A stretch of 64,000 nucleotides of DNA from an uncultured Bdellovibrionales bacterium. GTDB taxonomy: Bacteria > Patescibacteriota > Minisyncoccia > Moranbacterales > UBA1568. The stretch spans positions 5,072-69,071 of the forward strand of contig CAYNMD010000001.1 of NCBI GenBank assembly GCA_964398485.1, written 5' to 3'. Each line of letters opens with the position of its first letter. Position 1 is the stretch's first letter. The position numbers and the translations under genes are program-made. Shown here one piece after another: positions 8,691 through 18,708 of this stretch. A model generated the notes under the pieces. It was not told the DNA's origin. It saw only the letters and a program-made list of their open reading frames with translations, and did not search any database.

Positions 8691-9341
8691 ATGGAACATA
8701 AACAAAGAGGTGCATTATATGTTGGCTTAGGTCTAGTTCTCATCTTTGGGCTAACCCTAGCTGTTACTTTTTATCTTGATCGGACGACTCCTTCTGAGAC
8801 ATCTACTAATAGCCAGAATCTTCCTCAATCAAAAGAAGGGCCTCGAGAGAGCAATCCTTGGATGAGTTTTGATAGCAAAAAAGACACGGGTCTAGCTTTA
8901 GGCGTGCAATTCAATTATCCAGCGGCTTGGCTTCAGAATGGGAGTCGCGATAGCGGTACCGTTTCAGTTGTCCCATTTTTTGATAAAGACAAATACTCAA
9001 AGAAATGTGAGACCGTAAGTAATGGATCTGTAAACTGTCCTGAGACGGGGTTAGTGGCACAAATTATTGTAAGCAACTCCTCTTACGCTGCTCCAAAGAC
9101 TACTTACAAAGATCAGAAAAATGAAAAAATTACTATCGGTGGACAAGTGGGTGTTAAAATTTCAGGCGTAGTAAAATCAGAAAGTCTCAGCCATGTTGCT
9201 TCGGTAGGGAAAAAAGAAACTCGAGTAATTGTCATGGGATTAGACAACCAGCAATATGAGTTTGTTATGATTACTGAAAACTCTGCACAAGATGAAATTT
9301 TCAATGAAATTATCAAAACTACAACGTTTGGAAATAAGTAA
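8691..9341 (+). CDS. Single-TM exported hypothetical protein (PsbP-like pattern)
   Basis: N-terminal TM, FNYPAAW, C-terminal FNEIIKTTTF. Confidence 0.75.
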   Translation: MEHKQRGALYVGLGLVLIFGLTLAVTFYLDRTTPSETSTNSQNLPQSKEGPRESNPWMSFDSKKDTGLALGVQFNYPAAWLQNGSRDSGTVSVVPFFDKDKYSKKCETVSNGSVNCPETGLVAQIIVSNSSYAAPKTTYKDQKNEKITIGGQVGVKISGVVKSESLSHVASVGKKETRVIVMGLDNQQYEFVMITENSAQDEIFNEIIKTTTFGNK

Positions 9342-9380
9342 AAGAATGGGGGGCGCCTAAAAATATCTCAGGCACCCCCC
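9340..9380 (-). terminator. Terminator, cassette B
   Basis: GGGGGGCGCCT...AGGCACCCCCC hairpin, followed by ATTCTTTT on the minus strand. Confidence 0.65.
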
Positions 9381-9406
9381 TGTCGTCACATCTCTGCTGC
9401 CGTGGT

Positions 9407-11008
9407 TTACTGCGTGTTGGTTGAGGCGTAGTACGCGTTGCAACCGACAGCGTACTCGTTCAGCGTGAGACCTTCCATGAGTACGAGGCCTAGCTCAGCA
9501 ACCGTACTGGCGCTGCTGCCGTTGTAGGACACCTGAAAATGAAGGTGTGTACCGGTTGAACTCCCTCCGGTACTACCAACCGTTCCCAGTTGATCCCCCT
9601 GGTTCACTGCCCCAGAAGTTATGAGGCTTTGAGCTGTCATGTGGCCATAAAGAGTCTTGTAGCCATTGCCATGGTTGACCCTTACCCAATGACCGTAGCC
9701 AGATGCGTCGTAACCGTAGTCACCGGTATCGACCGTACCACTTGCCGCAGCATAGATCGGCACATTGCTCTCCGAGCCATTCTGTTGGGAATAGTCGTCG
9801 AAGTCGAGCGAATAGTATCCGCTACCCGTATGGTAGGTATCGGTACCCCCGCCACAGAACACGGTACCGCCAGCTTGAACTGTCAACAGCCAGTTCTTTC
9901 CACCAGGCAGAGGAAGTTTCATAGCCAGAAGACTGCGGACCGGCCAGACATTCCTTGACACTGATTTGTTTTCGGCTGCCTTGTGACCAGCAGCAACACC
10001 AGAGGACCATGCCTTGGTGGGCGTACCCACCACTGTGGTCGATGACCACCGCGTACTTGTTGTATTGGTGAATGGGTGCCCAGTAGTCAGAGCTGGATTC
10101 AAGTTCTCGATATCCAACAAACTTCTCAGGTCAACGATGTTGGGAAGACGCCAGTCGGTGTAACCGAAGTTGGCATTACTGCCCGTATTCATGTTGGCCA
10201 CATAGTCCAAGGCCTGTTGCCAAGTGCCGCCGGAAAGACTGGAATTCTCCGTCCACATGAGACCAGTGAATCGATCAGTCACCGTGCCATTGCCATGGTT
10301 GATGAACCGAGATACAGGCGGGGTAACGCCAACTTCTAGGTCACCGTCATCTCGGGTGGCATAGCTCGTTGACTGACCAGTCTTTTGAAGGGTTATCTTC
10401 CCTCCACTTCCTGTCCTTACTGGCCACACATACCGTGTGCCCGCCTTACTGCCCGTTGCGAGACCTCCTGTTTCAAATTGGGCAAGCCATGCACCGCCAC
10501 CTGGACTACTTGCCCAGCCCGAGAAGGTGGTGGTGGAGGTGTAGTAATAGATAGTAGATCCGGACTGAACATTCGTAAATGGATGTCCACTAGTGATTGC
10601 GGGACCTGTACTTTCATGATTCACGAGACTTAGCAACTCAACCACATTCGGGAGTCGCCAGTCGGTGTAACCGAAGTTGGCATAGGTTCCTGCATTCATG
10701 CCCGCCACATAGTCAAGCGCCTGCTGCCAAGTTTTCGTGCCTGCAGGAAGGTTGGCACTCTGTGACCACATGAGGCCAGTCATGTTGTCCGTGACCGTGC
10801 CGTTCCCATGGCTCGTGAAGCGAGGGCTTACCAAGGGGACGCCAGCCAGGGTGGCGCCGTCGTGTCCGGTACCGGCGCAAGCAATGGATGACCCATATGC
10901 GTCGTAACAGGAAGTCTGGCCGGTTCTTGGCAGTTCCACTGCCCAAGATGAGATCATCAAGCAGGCAAGAAACCAGCCGATGACAAGGGTGCCGATACGA
11001 TTTCTCAT
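9407..11008 (-). CDS. Secreted protein with two DUF1566 (Lcl C-terminal) domains and a C-terminal M23 peptidase, cassette B
   Basis: Signal peptide; twice GNGTVTD..TGLMW...DWRLPN...VWPVR; H.G..SLD, YGHM, STGTHLHF; GGAG 6 nt before ATG. Confidence 0.88.
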   Translation of the reverse strand: MRNRIGTLVIGWFLACLMISSWAVELPRTGQTSCYDAYGSSIACAGTGHDGATLAGVPLVSPRFTSHGNGTVTDNMTGLMWSQSANLPAGTKTWQQALDYVAGMNAGTYANFGYTDWRLPNVVELLSLVNHESTGPAITSGHPFTNVQSGSTIYYYTSTTTFSGWASSPGGGAWLAQFETGGLATGSKAGTRYVWPVRTGSGGKITLQKTGQSTSYATRDDGDLEVGVTPPVSRFINHGNGTVTDRFTGLMWTENSSLSGGTWQQALDYVANMNTGSNANFGYTDWRLPNIVDLRSLLDIENLNPALTTGHPFTNTTSTRWSSTTVVGTPTKAWSSGVAAGHKAAENKSVSRNVWPVRSLLAMKLPLPGGKNWLLTVQAGGTVFCGGGTDTYHTGSGYYSLDFDDYSQQNGSESNVPIYAAASGTVDTGDYGYDASGYGHWVRVNHGNGYKTLYGHMTAQSLITSGAVNQGDQLGTVGSTGGSSTGTHLHFQVSYNGSSASTVAELGLVLMEGLTLNEYAVGCNAYYASTNTQ

Positions 11009-11203
11009 CGATTACTCCAAAAGTTAACAAAACCATAAAACACTAAACTGGTTAAGGTAGCTGCTCTATAGGAGGTCTCCCAAGTTGTTAATGAGCATAA
11101 TTATCCTGGTGTCTTTTGATCGTTTTGTCAATAATACAACAAATAGTATCCTTGTTATTGTACAGACAATATGTTCTAACTTCGTCCCAGCATCCCCGCC
11201 ATT

Positions 11204-11800
11204 ATGTTTACACTTCAAAAAAGAATACTATTCGTTATCCTTTTCTTGTTTTCTACCGGGATTTTTTTATACATTCTTAACAAGGAAAGAGTTCCTCAAA
11301 ATCCAGAAAGTATCAGCGAGGAATTGCCAATAACACAATCAACAACAGATCTAGGAGACCTCTATAAAGACTGGGTGACTTATCAGAATAGGCAGTTAGG
11401 ATTTCAAACTCTTATCCCAGATAAGAGCCCTCTCACGGAAGAACTGGATGAAAACTTTATATATTTCCCCTTCGATGATAAAGAAATCCCTAGCTTAGGT
11501 AATTTTAGAAGTTCAGTCACAATTGGGATTGCTCAAGGAAATTTTATCAATCGAGGTACACGATATAACCCAAACGAAACAGCCACTAGTAAATATCTAG
11601 GTGAAATAAATGGTTTAAAGGCTTATGAAATTATCCATGAAACAGATACTGGCGAAATCGAAGGGATGTTGACTATGTTTATTGGACCTACTTTTGACTA
11701 CTACATAGACATGTCTGGTGGGGAATTTCCAAAAACATATACACCAGAGGAACAAACAGCCTATCGCATAGTAGTTAAAAACTTTAGACTTATCCCTTGA
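11204..11800 (+). CDS. Single-TM exported hypothetical protein
   Basis: N-terminal TM; W.TY.N..LGF pattern; C-terminal IVVKNFRL. Confidence 0.7.
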   Translation: MFTLQKRILFVILFLFSTGIFLYILNKERVPQNPESISEELPITQSTTDLGDLYKDWVTYQNRQLGFQTLIPDKSPLTEELDENFIYFPFDDKEIPSLGNFRSSVTIGIAQGNFINRGTRYNPNETATSKYLGEINGLKAYEIIHETDTGEIEGMLTMFIGPTFDYYIDMSGGEFPKTYTPEEQTAYRIVVKNFRLIP

Positions 11801-11902
11801 ATTCAAAAGATTGGGAGTTAATAAACCATGTTCTAACTTCGTCTCAACATGTCTAAAAAACTTGTATAATATACAAAGTCCAATAGTTAAAAACTCATAC
11901 GT

Positions 11903-12328
11903 ATGCCAACAATAAACCCCTACATTAACTTCAATGGTAATGCCGAAGAGGCGTTCAAGTTTTATCAATCTGTTTTTGGTGGAGAGTTTGCCGAGGTTAT
12001 CCGCTTTAAAGATATCGCGAGTGCCGAGTTTCCCGTACCTGAAAAAGAGGCGGATAAAATAATGCGTATCGCTCTTCCTATTGGTGGTAATGTTTTGATT
12101 GCTAACGATGTACCCGAAGCGATGGGACGGGTCAACGAAAACGAAAACCGCTCAAAAATTGCTGTTGTGACAGAGAGCCAAGAAGAGGCTGATAGAATCT
12201 TTAGTGGTCTTTCGGTAGGGGGAACAGTAGAAATGCCTATGACGGCAAGTCCTTGGGGAACCTCTTTTGCTATGTTCCGGGACAAGTATGGGATCGAATG
12301 GACTGTAGAATTCGCTGCCAAAAAATAA
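11903..12328 (+). CDS. VOC/PhnB-family protein
   Basis: INPYINFNGNAEEAFKFYQSVFGG, PWG..F....DKYGIEW. Confidence 0.9.
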   Translation: MPTINPYINFNGNAEEAFKFYQSVFGGEFAEVIRFKDIASAEFPVPEKEADKIMRIALPIGGNVLIANDVPEAMGRVNENENRSKIAVVTESQEEADRIFSGLSVGGTVEMPMTASPWGTSFAMFRDKYGIEWTVEFAAKK

Positions 12329-12376
12329 TTGATGGAGCAAATGTTTCATTTGATCCCGCTTGTTTATTGCTGAAGT

Positions 12377-13114
12377 ATGCTCAAAATTATTTCTCTCAAT
12401 CTCGAACGATCGAAACACCTCCATCTCAACCTCCCATTTTTTCAACGAGAAAATCCTGATGTGCTCTGTCTCCAAGAAGTATTGGAAGCCGATATCGACC
12501 GTATCGCCCAAGAAACAGGCCTGGGGCATCATCTTTGGCTGCGGGATATATTGACCGATGCGCCGGCTAATAGCGATGGCAAAACTGGATACTCTGGCCC
12601 AGCTCTATTTGCTCGTAGTCCCTTTATTGCTTCCGGGAGCGAGTATTACTATATGCCCCAAAACGGTATTCAGCTTGAGCGAGAGTCCGAGTTTTATTCG
12701 GAGACTAACGCTCATGGTATCGTCTGGGCTACGGTGGAGAAAGGGGATGAGCAGTACACCTTGGTAACCACTCATTTTACTTGGTCAGAAGATGGTAGAG
12801 CTACTGAGAAACAAAAATCTGATTTTGAACATTTGAAAAAAATTTTGGATACGCTCCCGCCGCATATTTTGACGGGCGATCTCAATGCTCCTCGTGGTTT
12901 TGGTATATGGGAAAAATTTGTTGCTTATTATGGTAGAGACTATATCCCACAAGGAATCACCTCTACTATCGACCCCAATCTTCATCGAGTGAAAAATCTC
13001 CAGTTGGTGGTGGATGGCATATTTGCTCACCCGATGTATCATGTCGATGAAGTAGCCATGGTTGAAGGAGTGAGTGATCACAAAGCGCTCGTCGCTTCTA
13101 TCACACAGCATTGA
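12377..13114 (+). CDS. Endonuclease/exonuclease/phosphatase family protein
   Basis: SLN, DVLCLQEV, GDLNAP, SDH. Confidence 0.88.
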   Translation: MLKIISLNLERSKHLHLNLPFFQRENPDVLCLQEVLEADIDRIAQETGLGHHLWLRDILTDAPANSDGKTGYSGPALFARSPFIASGSEYYYMPQNGIQLERESEFYSETNAHGIVWATVEKGDEQYTLVTTHFTWSEDGRATEKQKSDFEHLKKILDTLPPHILTGDLNAPRGFGIWEKFVAYYGRDYIPQGITSTIDPNLHRVKNLQLVVDGIFAHPMYHVDEVAMVEGVSDHKALVASITQH

Positions 13115-13152
13115 GCAGCGTAGATAATTTTTTTTGGCGGGAATGTCTGTAT

Positions 13153-13190
13153 AAAAAAGAAAACGGGCACTGTTCGTTGAACAGTGCCCG
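13153..13190 (-). terminator. Terminator, cassette C
   Basis: Perfect 12-bp stem CGGGCACTGTTC-GTT-GAACAGTGCCCG, followed by TTTTCTTTTTT on the minus strand. Confidence 0.85.
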
Positions 13191-13209
13191 GGCGGGTCAG
13201 GTGTGACCC

Positions 13210-14016
13210 TTACTTGTTGGAGCGGCGTCCGCTGCGGCGAGCGGTACCGCCGAGAGCGAACAGGGCCAGTGCGGCGAGCGACAGCGAGGCTGGCGTCGGC
13301 ACGGACGAGGTCACCGTGTTGGACCAGTGGGCCGTGTAGTCCTGGCATTTCGCACCGGCGATGCTCGTGTCACCGCAGAAGTTGTACGCCTGCATGATGG
13401 TGGCCGAGAAGCCGGTGGAGCCGTTGATGGTGTTGTCCGTGTACTTCACCACGCCGTTCACCCGGTACTCGTAGGCTGAGCCAGTGAAGCTGATCGAGAG
13501 ATCGGTCCAGGCGTCGTAGTCGATGGCCACGCCGAGGTCCACCCACGCCAAGCCTTCCCAGATGCGGAGGCGCGCGCCGCCGTCACCGTAGTTGGTGAAG
13601 CCGATGATGGGGTAGTCAGTGACGGCTGAACCATTGGTCATGACGCCCCACATGTCGGTGCGGACGTGCCCGTTCTGGGTATTGGCCCACTCCTCGGGGA
13701 TCCAGAGCGCTGCCGAGAGCACCGATCCAGCACCGCCCGAGATGGCATGTTGCTGCCCCTGGGTGTTGTAGAAGGTGCTCTGGTAGGCGGCCGGGCGGTT
13801 GCTCAGCCCATCGGCTTCGGAGATGCCGATGGCGAGGACATCGTTGCGGCCCTGGTAGGTGCCGATGTCACCGAAGCTGTGCGGGTCGTAGCGGTCCGTC
13901 ACCCAGCCCACGGGGGCGTTGTCGAAACTCGGCATCACCAGCGCCGCCTGTGCGGGGAGAATCCCCAGCAAGAGACCAGTCAAGCCGGCCAGGAAAGTCA
14001 GAAACCTCTTCGTCAT
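13210..14016 (-). CDS. GC-rich secreted PEP-CTERM-type protein, cassette C
   Basis: Signal peptide ending AQA; C-terminal VPTPASLSLAALALFALGGTARR; CAGGAG 8 nt before ATG; spot-count GC about 65%. Confidence 0.85.
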   Translation of the reverse strand: MTKRFLTFLAGLTGLLLGILPAQAALVMPSFDNAPVGWVTDRYDPHSFGDIGTYQGRNDVLAIGISEADGLSNRPAAYQSTFYNTQGQQHAISGGAGSVLSAALWIPEEWANTQNGHVRTDMWGVMTNGSAVTDYPIIGFTNYGDGGARLRIWEGLAWVDLGVAIDYDAWTDLSISFTGSAYEYRVNGVVKYTDNTINGSTGFSATIMQAYNFCGDTSIAGAKCQDYTAHWSNTVTSSVPTPASLSLAALALFALGGTARRSGRRSNK

Positions 14017-14069
14017 GTCGCGAACTCCTGTTGTCAACGAAACACACCCACCACGGGTGCGTTCTGAGG

Positions 14070-14098
14070 AGGATAGAATATTTTTGTACTTTTGTCAA
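14070..14098 (-). promoter_or_regulatory. sigma70-type promoter, cassette C
   Basis: TTGACA-17 nt-TATCCT on the minus strand. Confidence 0.7.
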
Positions 14099-14143
14099 CC
14101 AATTCTTGCGAAGAATCCTTTTTGGAAAACGAATGAGTGATCT

Positions 14144-14806
14144 CTAGATTGAAAGAAGAAGGAACATAACGATTGAGTGGAGAGTGCTCCCCAGAAGGAC
14201 AAAGACATGGAAGATCTCATGCATCCAAAAGTATCGCTTGGGAGGGAAGTGATCCTCCAGAACGAAGAAGAGAACACCAAGGGTGTAAGCAATCCCACCA
14301 CTTGCGAGGAGGATAAGCATGAGAGAAGTGAGATTCTCTCGCAGGGGTTGGAAAGCGATGAGGATCAGCCATCCCATGGCGAGATAGAGTGTCACAGAGA
14401 GGAAAGAGGGGCGTCGGAGATCAAAAAGTTTGATGCCAAAACTTACGAGCGCCAATCCCCAGATAACGCCAAAGAGTGACCAGCGCCAGCCACCATCTAG
14501 CCCAATAAAAAGAACCGGGGTATAGGTCGCTGCAATGAGAATGGAAATGAGGGCATGATCGAGTCTTTGTGCCCAGGCTTTGGTGCGAGGCCACCGTGGC
14601 GATAGGAGGTGGTAGCTGGTACTGCCGAGATAGAGGAGTATCATCCCACTGCCAAAAAGAGTGTACCCAGTGATATGCCAACCATCGAGTGAAGAGGATT
14701 GGATCAAGAGAAGAACGAGAATAGTGATAGCGCCAGCTGTTCCAACGAGATGGAGGAGTCCGCTGACAATGTCGTTGGAGCGGTCGCGAAGCGAGGTGAA
14801 TTCCAT
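14144..14806 (-). CDS. Hemolysin III / PAQR family membrane protein
   Basis: STSYH, RLDHALI..IAATYTP, HEIFHVFV. Confidence 0.92.
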   Translation of the reverse strand: MEFTSLRDRSNDIVSGLLHLVGTAGAITILVLLLIQSSSLDGWHITGYTLFGSGMILLYLGSTSYHLLSPRWPRTKAWAQRLDHALISILIAATYTPVLFIGLDGGWRWSLFGVIWGLALVSFGIKLFDLRRPSFLSVTLYLAMGWLILIAFQPLRENLTSLMLILLASGGIAYTLGVLFFVLEDHFPPKRYFWMHEIFHVFVLLGSTLHSIVMFLLLSI

Positions 14807-14823
14807 ACTATGATGGAGAAAGG

Positions 14824-14897
14824 TGGACCGTATCGGATTCGAACCGATGACCCCCGCTTTGCAAAAGCGGTGCTCTAGCCAACTGAGCTAACGGCCC
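14824..14897 (-). tRNA. tRNA-Ala(TGC)
   Basis: Minus-strand cloverleaf; G3:U70 pair; CCGCT-TTTGCAA-AGCGG. Confidence 0.95.
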
Positions 14898-14975
14898 TAG
14901 GACATTCGTGAGTATAGGGGATAATGCTTTGTCTGTCGAGAGTGCTATACTAGAGATACTTTTTATCTATACTGT

Positions 14976-15380
14976 ATGGGACTTTTTTCTCTCTATACCA
15001 ACAAAAAAGCTGCCGGAGATGCAGCGGGTATTTCTGGTGGTGGTAATCCTGATGATCGTCCGAGGCCAGTCGTGCGCCCTCGAGATGATGAGGGGAGCGA
15101 AAAGAAAAGGATTTGGCGTGATTCCGAGGGACACATATCCACTTGGGAGATTCCCAAGGTTTTGAGCCGATTGAGAGGTCGACACGGTTTTAGTCAGCGT
15201 AAGGCAGCTATTGTTGATGCGGTAACTCATAATGCTCTTGATGAGCGAGGAGGGCAAAAGGGTATGAATGCTGGTGAACTCAATGAAACCATGGAAGCAC
15301 TGGAACAAGATGCTCATAAACTTGGTCTTACAAAAGATGACCTTGCCGCTGTTCGCACGGAGCTGGAAGAGAAACTCTAA
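14976..15380 (+). CDS. Hypothetical protein
   Basis: 134 aa ATG ORF downstream of TGCTATACT. Confidence 0.65.
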   Translation: MGLFSLYTNKKAAGDAAGISGGGNPDDRPRPVVRPRDDEGSEKKRIWRDSEGHISTWEIPKVLSRLRGRHGFSQRKAAIVDAVTHNALDERGGQKGMNAGELNETMEALEQDAHKLGLTKDDLAAVRTELEEKL

Positions 15381-15391
15381 TATTTTCTGAC

Positions 15392-16084
15392 ATGGAACTC
15401 TTTATTGATCGAGCACAGCAGTTTATTGTCTTTATTTCCGACAAAGTACCGTTGGAACTTTTTGTGTTTGTAGGGGCTTTGCTCGAAGAAATCATTGCCC
15501 CTATTCCATCTATGTTGGTAATGACCACCGCCGGGCTGCTTTCTCATGCCGAGGGGCACACGGTGTTTTTTCTCTTCTGGCTGGTGTTTATAGGAAATCT
15601 CGGCAAAATTCTTGGTTCACTTGGTTGGTACGTTGTAGGAGACAAAATAGAGGATGTGGTGGTGGGCCGATTCGGGAGATTTTTTGGACTAACACATGAA
15701 GATATCGAGCGGGTTGGTAAGAAGTTTACCGGGAAGGTATGGCAAGATGGAGCGCTTATTTTCTTGTTACGAGCGATTCCTTTCTTCCCTAGTCTCGCGG
15801 TTTCACTTGCCTGTGGTGTGATCAAAATCGAGCTGAAAACTTTTGTGCTTGCCTCCTACTTGGGGAACGTGGTCAAAGATACTCTCTATATCATGATGGG
15901 ATATTTTGGTGCTCAGGCTTTCCGGACACTCCTCCTTGAAATGGAGAGAGTTCGGTTTGGCCTTGGTTTCCTGATTATCATAGGAGTAGTAGGAGTACTC
16001 GTTCTCGGGTATCGTCAGCGTCACCAGGGCATTCATCTCCTGGTTCGCTTCTGGGGGTGGATACGAAAACTGCTTGCTCGCTAG
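15392..16084 (+). CDS. DedA/VTT-domain membrane protein
   Basis: LEEIIAPIPS, G..G..LG...Y..G, LRAIP. Confidence 0.85.
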   Translation: MELFIDRAQQFIVFISDKVPLELFVFVGALLEEIIAPIPSMLVMTTAGLLSHAEGHTVFFLFWLVFIGNLGKILGSLGWYVVGDKIEDVVVGRFGRFFGLTHEDIERVGKKFTGKVWQDGALIFLLRAIPFFPSLAVSLACGVIKIELKTFVLASYLGNVVKDTLYIMMGYFGAQAFRTLLLEMERVRFGLGFLIIIGVVGVLVLGYRQRHQGIHLLVRFWGWIRKLLAR

Positions 16085-16141
16085 TTCTCTTTTGTGTTAC
16101 AACCGATGAGTATTTGTTGAGGTGTACTTGAATTTTATCTT

Positions 16142-18175
16142 ATGTCTTCTTTTGTTCTAAAGTCTTCGTGGCCACCAGCTGGGGATCAACCTCAAGCGAT
16201 CGCCTCTCTCATGCAGGGGCTCAATACAGGGCAACGTTTTCAGACACTTCTCGGAGTGACTGGATCAGGTAAGACATTTACCATGGCTAACTGTATAGCC
16301 AAGAGCCAGAAACCAGCCTTGGTCATTGCTCACAATAAAACCTTGGCAGCACAGCTTGCTCAAGAGTTTGAAGAATTTTTTCCTGATGCTGCGGTCCATT
16401 ACTTTGTTTCATACTATGATTTCTATCAGCCGGAGGCCTATGTACCAATTACGGATACCTACATAGAAAAAGATGCGTCGATCAATGAGGAGATTGATCG
16501 GTTGCGTCATGCCTCGACTCAGTCACTCCTTACGCGGCGTGATGTGATCATTGTCGCTTCAGTTTCTTGTATCTACGGTCTGGGGAGTCCTGAGGAGTAT
16601 CTCCGGGAAAATATGAAGCTAGCTGTCGGTGATTCAGTCACACGGCAGGACTTGATGCAGCGCCTCGTCTCTATTTTCTTCGAACGAACCAATGCTGATC
16701 TGACACCGGGCACCTTCCGTTCTATTGGCAATCGTCTAGAAATTATGCCGATCTCAGAAAAGATCCTGTACTCGATCGAGATCGGTGCCAATCGAATTGA
16801 GGCGATTACCAAAATTGATCCGGTTTCCCAAACTATTCTTGGCGAGGAGCAGTTCGTGTTCTTTTTTCCAGCCAAGCATTTTATTACAGACAAAGACAAA
16901 CAGGAGCGAGCGCTCGAAAATATCAGACTCGAACTCTCGGAACAGCTGAAGAAATTTGAACGTGAAGGAAAACTGCTGGAGGCAGAGCGGATCAAGCGAC
17001 GGACGCAGTATGATACTGCGATGATTGATGAGATTGGCTACTGTTCGGGAATCGAAAACTATTCTCGGCATCTTTCGGGGAAGGAGGCGGGTGAGCCGCC
17101 CGAAACACTTCTCTCCTATTTCCCTCATCTCCCAGATGGTACCCCAGATTTTCTCACGATTATCGATGAGTCTCATGTAACTTTGCCACAGCTTCGAGCG
17201 ATGTATAACGGTGACCAGGCGAGAAAGAAGACCTTGGTGGAATACGGATTCCGCCTGCCGAGCGCTTTGGACAATCGACCTCTTCGATACGAAGAGTTCC
17301 TCGAGCGAGTAGGGCCAGTGATGTTTACCTCGGCCACACCAGGTGAATATGAGCGTGAGGTGAGTGGCAATATTGTTGAACAGGTGATTCGCCCGACCGG
17401 ACTCATCGATCCAGAGCTCACTATTAAAGGAGTCAAGGCGACAGATGAATACCCTGGTCAAATCCAAGATTTTATTCACGAGGCTACACAAGAGATTGAG
17501 CGGGGTGGTCGCGTCATTGCCACGACACTGACCAAAAAGATGGCCGAAGACTTATCGCAGTACCTCAAGGATAAGGGAGTCAAGGCTGAATATCTTCATA
17601 GTGATGTGAAGACAATTGATCGAATCAAAATCCTCACCCAGTTTCGAAAAGGAGAATTTGACTGTCTGGTAGGGGTTAACCTCTTACGAGAGGGTCTTGA
17701 TCTTCCAGAGGTATCTTTCATTGGTGTCTTGGATGCTGACAAAGAGGGATTCCTCCGTTCAGAAACTTCTCTCATACAGATCATTGGACGAGCAGCGCGC
17801 AATGTTTTGGGAAGAGTGATCCTCTACGCTGATGTACTCACGGGATCAATCGATGCAGCGCTCAAGGAAACCAATCGTCGCCGAGAAAAACAGCTTGCCT
17901 ATAATAAGGAGCATGGTATTACGCCAAAGACGGTGCAGAAAAATATTCATGATATTACCGAGAGACTGCAGAGTGAACACGACAAAGCCGTGGCCATTTC
18001 ACTAGCGCTTGATGCCAAGGGTTTTGCCAAGAATCCCAATAAAATTATCAAAGCGAAAGAGCGAGAAATGAAGGCGGCTGTAAAGATTCTTGATTTTGAA
18101 ACAGCAGCAATTTTGCGCGATGAAATTCAGGCGCTTGAGGCCAAACTGGGTAAACGAAGAGAGAAAAAGTCATAG
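16142..18175 (+). CDS. uvrB: Excinuclease ABC subunit B
   Basis: GVTGSGKT, YYDFYQPEAY, DESH, NLLREGLD, C-terminal UVR domain. Confidence 0.98.
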   Translation: MSSFVLKSSWPPAGDQPQAIASLMQGLNTGQRFQTLLGVTGSGKTFTMANCIAKSQKPALVIAHNKTLAAQLAQEFEEFFPDAAVHYFVSYYDFYQPEAYVPITDTYIEKDASINEEIDRLRHASTQSLLTRRDVIIVASVSCIYGLGSPEEYLRENMKLAVGDSVTRQDLMQRLVSIFFERTNADLTPGTFRSIGNRLEIMPISEKILYSIEIGANRIEAITKIDPVSQTILGEEQFVFFFPAKHFITDKDKQERALENIRLELSEQLKKFEREGKLLEAERIKRRTQYDTAMIDEIGYCSGIENYSRHLSGKEAGEPPETLLSYFPHLPDGTPDFLTIIDESHVTLPQLRAMYNGDQARKKTLVEYGFRLPSALDNRPLRYEEFLERVGPVMFTSATPGEYEREVSGNIVEQVIRPTGLIDPELTIKGVKATDEYPGQIQDFIHEATQEIERGGRVIATTLTKKMAEDLSQYLKDKGVKAEYLHSDVKTIDRIKILTQFRKGEFDCLVGVNLLREGLDLPEVSFIGVLDADKEGFLRSETSLIQIIGRAARNVLGRVILYADVLTGSIDAALKETNRRREKQLAYNKEHGITPKTVQKNIHDITERLQSEHDKAVAISLALDAKGFAKNPNKIIKAKEREMKAAVKILDFETAAILRDEIQALEAKLGKRREKKS

Positions 18176-18296
18176 AGGGATTTGCTGTGGTCAATTTTCT
18201 TGCAAAGCAGACCGAGAGTTTCTATACTAGAAAGGTATTTTTTCCTTTGGTCAAGAGAAAAATAATAACCAATAATTAAAATATATTTCAATTTAT

Positions 18297-18695
18297 ATGG
18301 ATACTACGCCAAATCCTTCCTCGGTACCATCAGGAGAGTCGGCTCCTGCCACGACGCTCGATACCAGTACTCATAAAATATTTGGTGTCCCGCGCCGAGC
18401 TATTGCGTTTGGGTTCGGACTTCTTTTGATGCTTATTGTTCTGGCAGTTCTATACGCTCAGTTCACTCGTCAGCCAATGCCAATGCCACAGGAGCCTATG
18501 GCTGGATCAAAAAATATGATGCCAAAAGAACAGCAGGTGATGGCGCCTCAGGGTCAATCTGCAGCAGCAACAGGAACCGTTACTCCTGATCAGGTTGCTG
18601 ACGATCTTATCGATGAGGCTTTATCAGATCGCGATGATCTTTCGGGATATGATGCTGATGAGATGGCTGATGTAGAGGATGGAAGTAATAATTAA
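18297..18695 (+). CDS. Single-TM protein with acidic tail
   Basis: TM near residues 36-55, Pro/Met linker, Asp-rich C terminus. Confidence 0.7.
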   Translation: MDTTPNPSSVPSGESAPATTLDTSTHKIFGVPRRAIAFGFGLLLMLIVLAVLYAQFTRQPMPMPQEPMAGSKNMMPKEQQVMAPQGQSAAATGTVTPDQVADDLIDEALSDRDDLSGYDADEMADVEDGSNN

Positions 18696-18708
18696 TTCAT
18701 GTACGCAT

